Below are positions 32,549 through 35,088 of a DNA stretch of 35,088 nt, one piece after another; the first letter of the stretch is position 1, and every line of letters begins with the position of its first letter. The notes under the pieces are model-generated. The model ran no database searches and had not been told where the DNA came from. It saw only the letters and a list, made by a program, of their open reading frames with translations. A program made the translations under genes and the position numbers. Location: contig JAUCBJ010003041.1 of NCBI GenBank assembly GCA_032718475.1, positions 1-35,088 of the forward strand, given 5' to 3'. Origin of the DNA: Nemertoderma westbladi. Its lineage: Eukaryota > Animalia > Xenacoelomorpha.

Positions 32549-33536
32549 TTAGGTATTACCGGTCAGCCGGTACCGATACTGTATTATTATAGTCCTAGTA
32601 TCAGAGTGTGTAGCGTAGCAGTAGCATACAGCAGAACATACAGTCAGTGTTTTTAGACTGATTTTCATATTCCGATATTACTGTATTATAATTCTGGATT
32701 ACCGGTACTTGATTATGGCGAAATGTACCGGTACCGCTGGTGGTACCTCTAGCTCGGATTGGCCTACAGCACTTTTTCAATGTCATGATGAACTTTGCAC
32801 CTTTGATTGTGTCAAAGACCTTTCTTTGAGGCAACTCTATGAAAGTTTGTCAATTGTTTATTTGGGAGTGGTGGGTAGCACACAAACTTGGTCCTGTGGT
32901 AACACCAGAGTGCAGTGAATTAATCAAATTCGAATTAATAATCAGTTTATATCACCTGATCATATATTCTCAGAATTTTACTATACAGGCATATAAAAAG
33001 ACAGGCCTATGTGACAGGTAGACAGGCCTATGTTTACAAAGTACTTACGCTTACACATAACTAAAATCAAAGCAATTAATTAATATAAATAAATATAAAT
33101 GCGGTTACAGTATGCTACCTGGGTTGCTGCCTTAGGCCTAAACAAATATGAAGAAAAGTGGTCCGATCGCGCATCGATCTACACATTGAGGCCATTACTG
33201 CATTAGCAAATTTAGCTATATATAAAATAATGCAATACACAAACCCAGAACAGTAATAATGTACAGAATATTGTTGTTGGTTTGCTTATAGGCGGCACAG
33301 GCAGAACATGTAACCAAAATGATAGCCAAGAATTTAGCCAATCAATGAAGGCCGCTGGAAAAGATATCTGCTGGTGAGTCATTAGTAGCAGAGTGGAATT
33401 ATTTGGTGTAACCATCGAAATTCATAGGCCCTTCATGAAGGTAGATAAGTTAACTAATATTGGTTAGATGTAATACAACAGGTTCTATAGGGAGATAGTA
33501 TAGAACACATTAGTTTGGTAGGACAGCTGAGTTTGT

Positions 33537-33556
33537 GAGAGAGAGAGAGAGAGAGA
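33537..33556 (+). repeat. (GA)n microsatellite
   Basis: About 10 GA units. Confidence 0.9.
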
Positions 33557-33983
33557 TGGGGGTGGGGAGTGGAGCGGCTGTGGGTAGTAGTTATTCACTG
33601 ATTGTCAAAGGATTCGATGGTCCACTAGGATACAGTGCTTTAGATCCACAATAATTGTTTTTGTCCGTTGAATTTACTCATTATGTCCGCTGATTTTGAC
33701 TTTTTATGTCCGCGGAAATTGCTACCGGTGACCGGTAATTGGTAACTGGTAACAGTATATTGTAGGTATAAATAAAGCCTTAGAATTATACTGTATTATA
33801 CTACATTAGATTTGGATTAGAGTATTGGTGGTTCTGAGTTATCAACGATTGATTAATGTATCATAAGTAGTAATGATTTGATTTTAAGGATGGTATTTTT
33901 ATAAAAATATTTTAAAGAATTAGAAAAATTGGAATTAATGATATTATCTGTTATGTTGGATCAACTGTAAAAATTATCTAAAA

Positions 33984-34827
33984 CTAATATACAGTACTAC
34001 CAAAGTGAATCAATTTCACGAACCATTTAGGACTTAAATCTCGTCTGATCGATATATTTTGGAGATACTTCATTAATTTTAAACACTACTCAATTGATAA
34101 TTATTGTAGCTGGACAGTGTATTGCAGCTATATCTTAATGACCTGTTGAAACAATAACTACTATCATCTTCGATGATAGATGATTTTGATTTATACCCAT
34201 AGATAACGACATATAATGCTTTTATTAATACATATTTTATTTCACTTCACATCCACTCTGGCCCTTTTAATACGCATATATTTCATCTAAATTTAAATTT
34301 AATACGCATATATTTTATCTCATTCCATATGATATCCAGTCTGTCTCATAATTATTAGCAATGCTCGTAATGGAATATTTCTTATCTATTATATTTTTAA
34401 ATCTAACATTAAAATACAGTAATAATTTTAATTCGGTGTATTTTAATGTACTTTATTTATTGACTCACATTTTAAAATATGTATGTTTTTTTTAGGGGGA
34501 AACCCCATCCATAATACTAAAGTTAATTTGTCAGCATATGTTATCTTTGTTCTAAGTTACAGTATGGTGTAAATTTATATAAATAAATAATAATAATATT
34601 ACATTAGTTATTATTTATAAATATAATGTAGAACTTCGATCTTCAAACAGGTGGAGCAGTTCCAACTGACAACTCCTCTAGTAACGATGGTAACAACTAC
34701 AAAACAAATATATTGAATAACTTATTTAAGGGAGTAAAGTGAATCTTTGGGCCAAAACGTCCTACAAGCAAATCTTGCATTTCATTCATTGGGGTCGAAA
34801 CGTCCTAGGCCAAAACGTCTGTTACCC
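33984..34827. mobile_element. Second, left-truncated copy of the MULE-like element at 8675..10090
   Basis: Colinear with 9042..10090 and ends at the same terminus (aaacgtctgttaccc). Confidence 0.92.
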
Positions 34828-35088
34828 AGACTGAAGACAGGTAGGCCTACTTAAATCTAAGTGATTTAAAGAGTGGGGCTGCCGCTACCTTTTGTCAAAT
34901 AAACAATGCAGGACAGGTCCAGGATGAGTGACAGCCGCGGTGTCCGCCAACCACGGATGCGCCAACAGTGCAGTATCTATTAACCATAACTCTTCTTGAC
35001 GCCGCTTAGAAATCTAACCAACCGTGATTTATTTTTGAACGGCTTTTCCACCAACCTGGCTATAGAATGTTGTTGGTTGCTACGGTAT

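Overview
AT-rich eukaryotic (most likely invertebrate animal) DNA that is almost entirely a nest of transposable elements. I recognise no host gene, tRNA, rRNA or CRISPR array. From left to right it contains: (1) the U3 end of an LTR; (2) a ~2.2 kb piggyBac-like foldback element with ~162-bp internal repeats; (3) an internally deleted RTE-type LINE with a (TAG)8 tail, inserted in a second foldback copy; (4) a 9-bp-TSD MITE; (5) a gag-only Ty3/Gypsy-type element with a tRNA-Trp-like PBS; (6) a partly duplicated Transib/RAG1/Chapaev-like transposase fragment interrupted by a MULE-like foldback; (7) a spliced, nearly intact ~880-codon CxxH-type DDE transposase of unclear family; (8) a 5'-truncated RTE-type LINE; (9) several unidentified coding remnants; (10) a large BEL/Pao LTR retrotransposon (about 18.3-31.1 kb, minus strand) with a very long Gag N-terminal extension, a ~2.7 kb repeat-rich leader and a possible extra ORF after pol; and (11) a second copy of the MULE-like element. 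Non-coding DNA appears enriched in the palindromes TACCGGTA and TAGGCCTA. All family assignments come from motif recognition by eye; no database searches were run.
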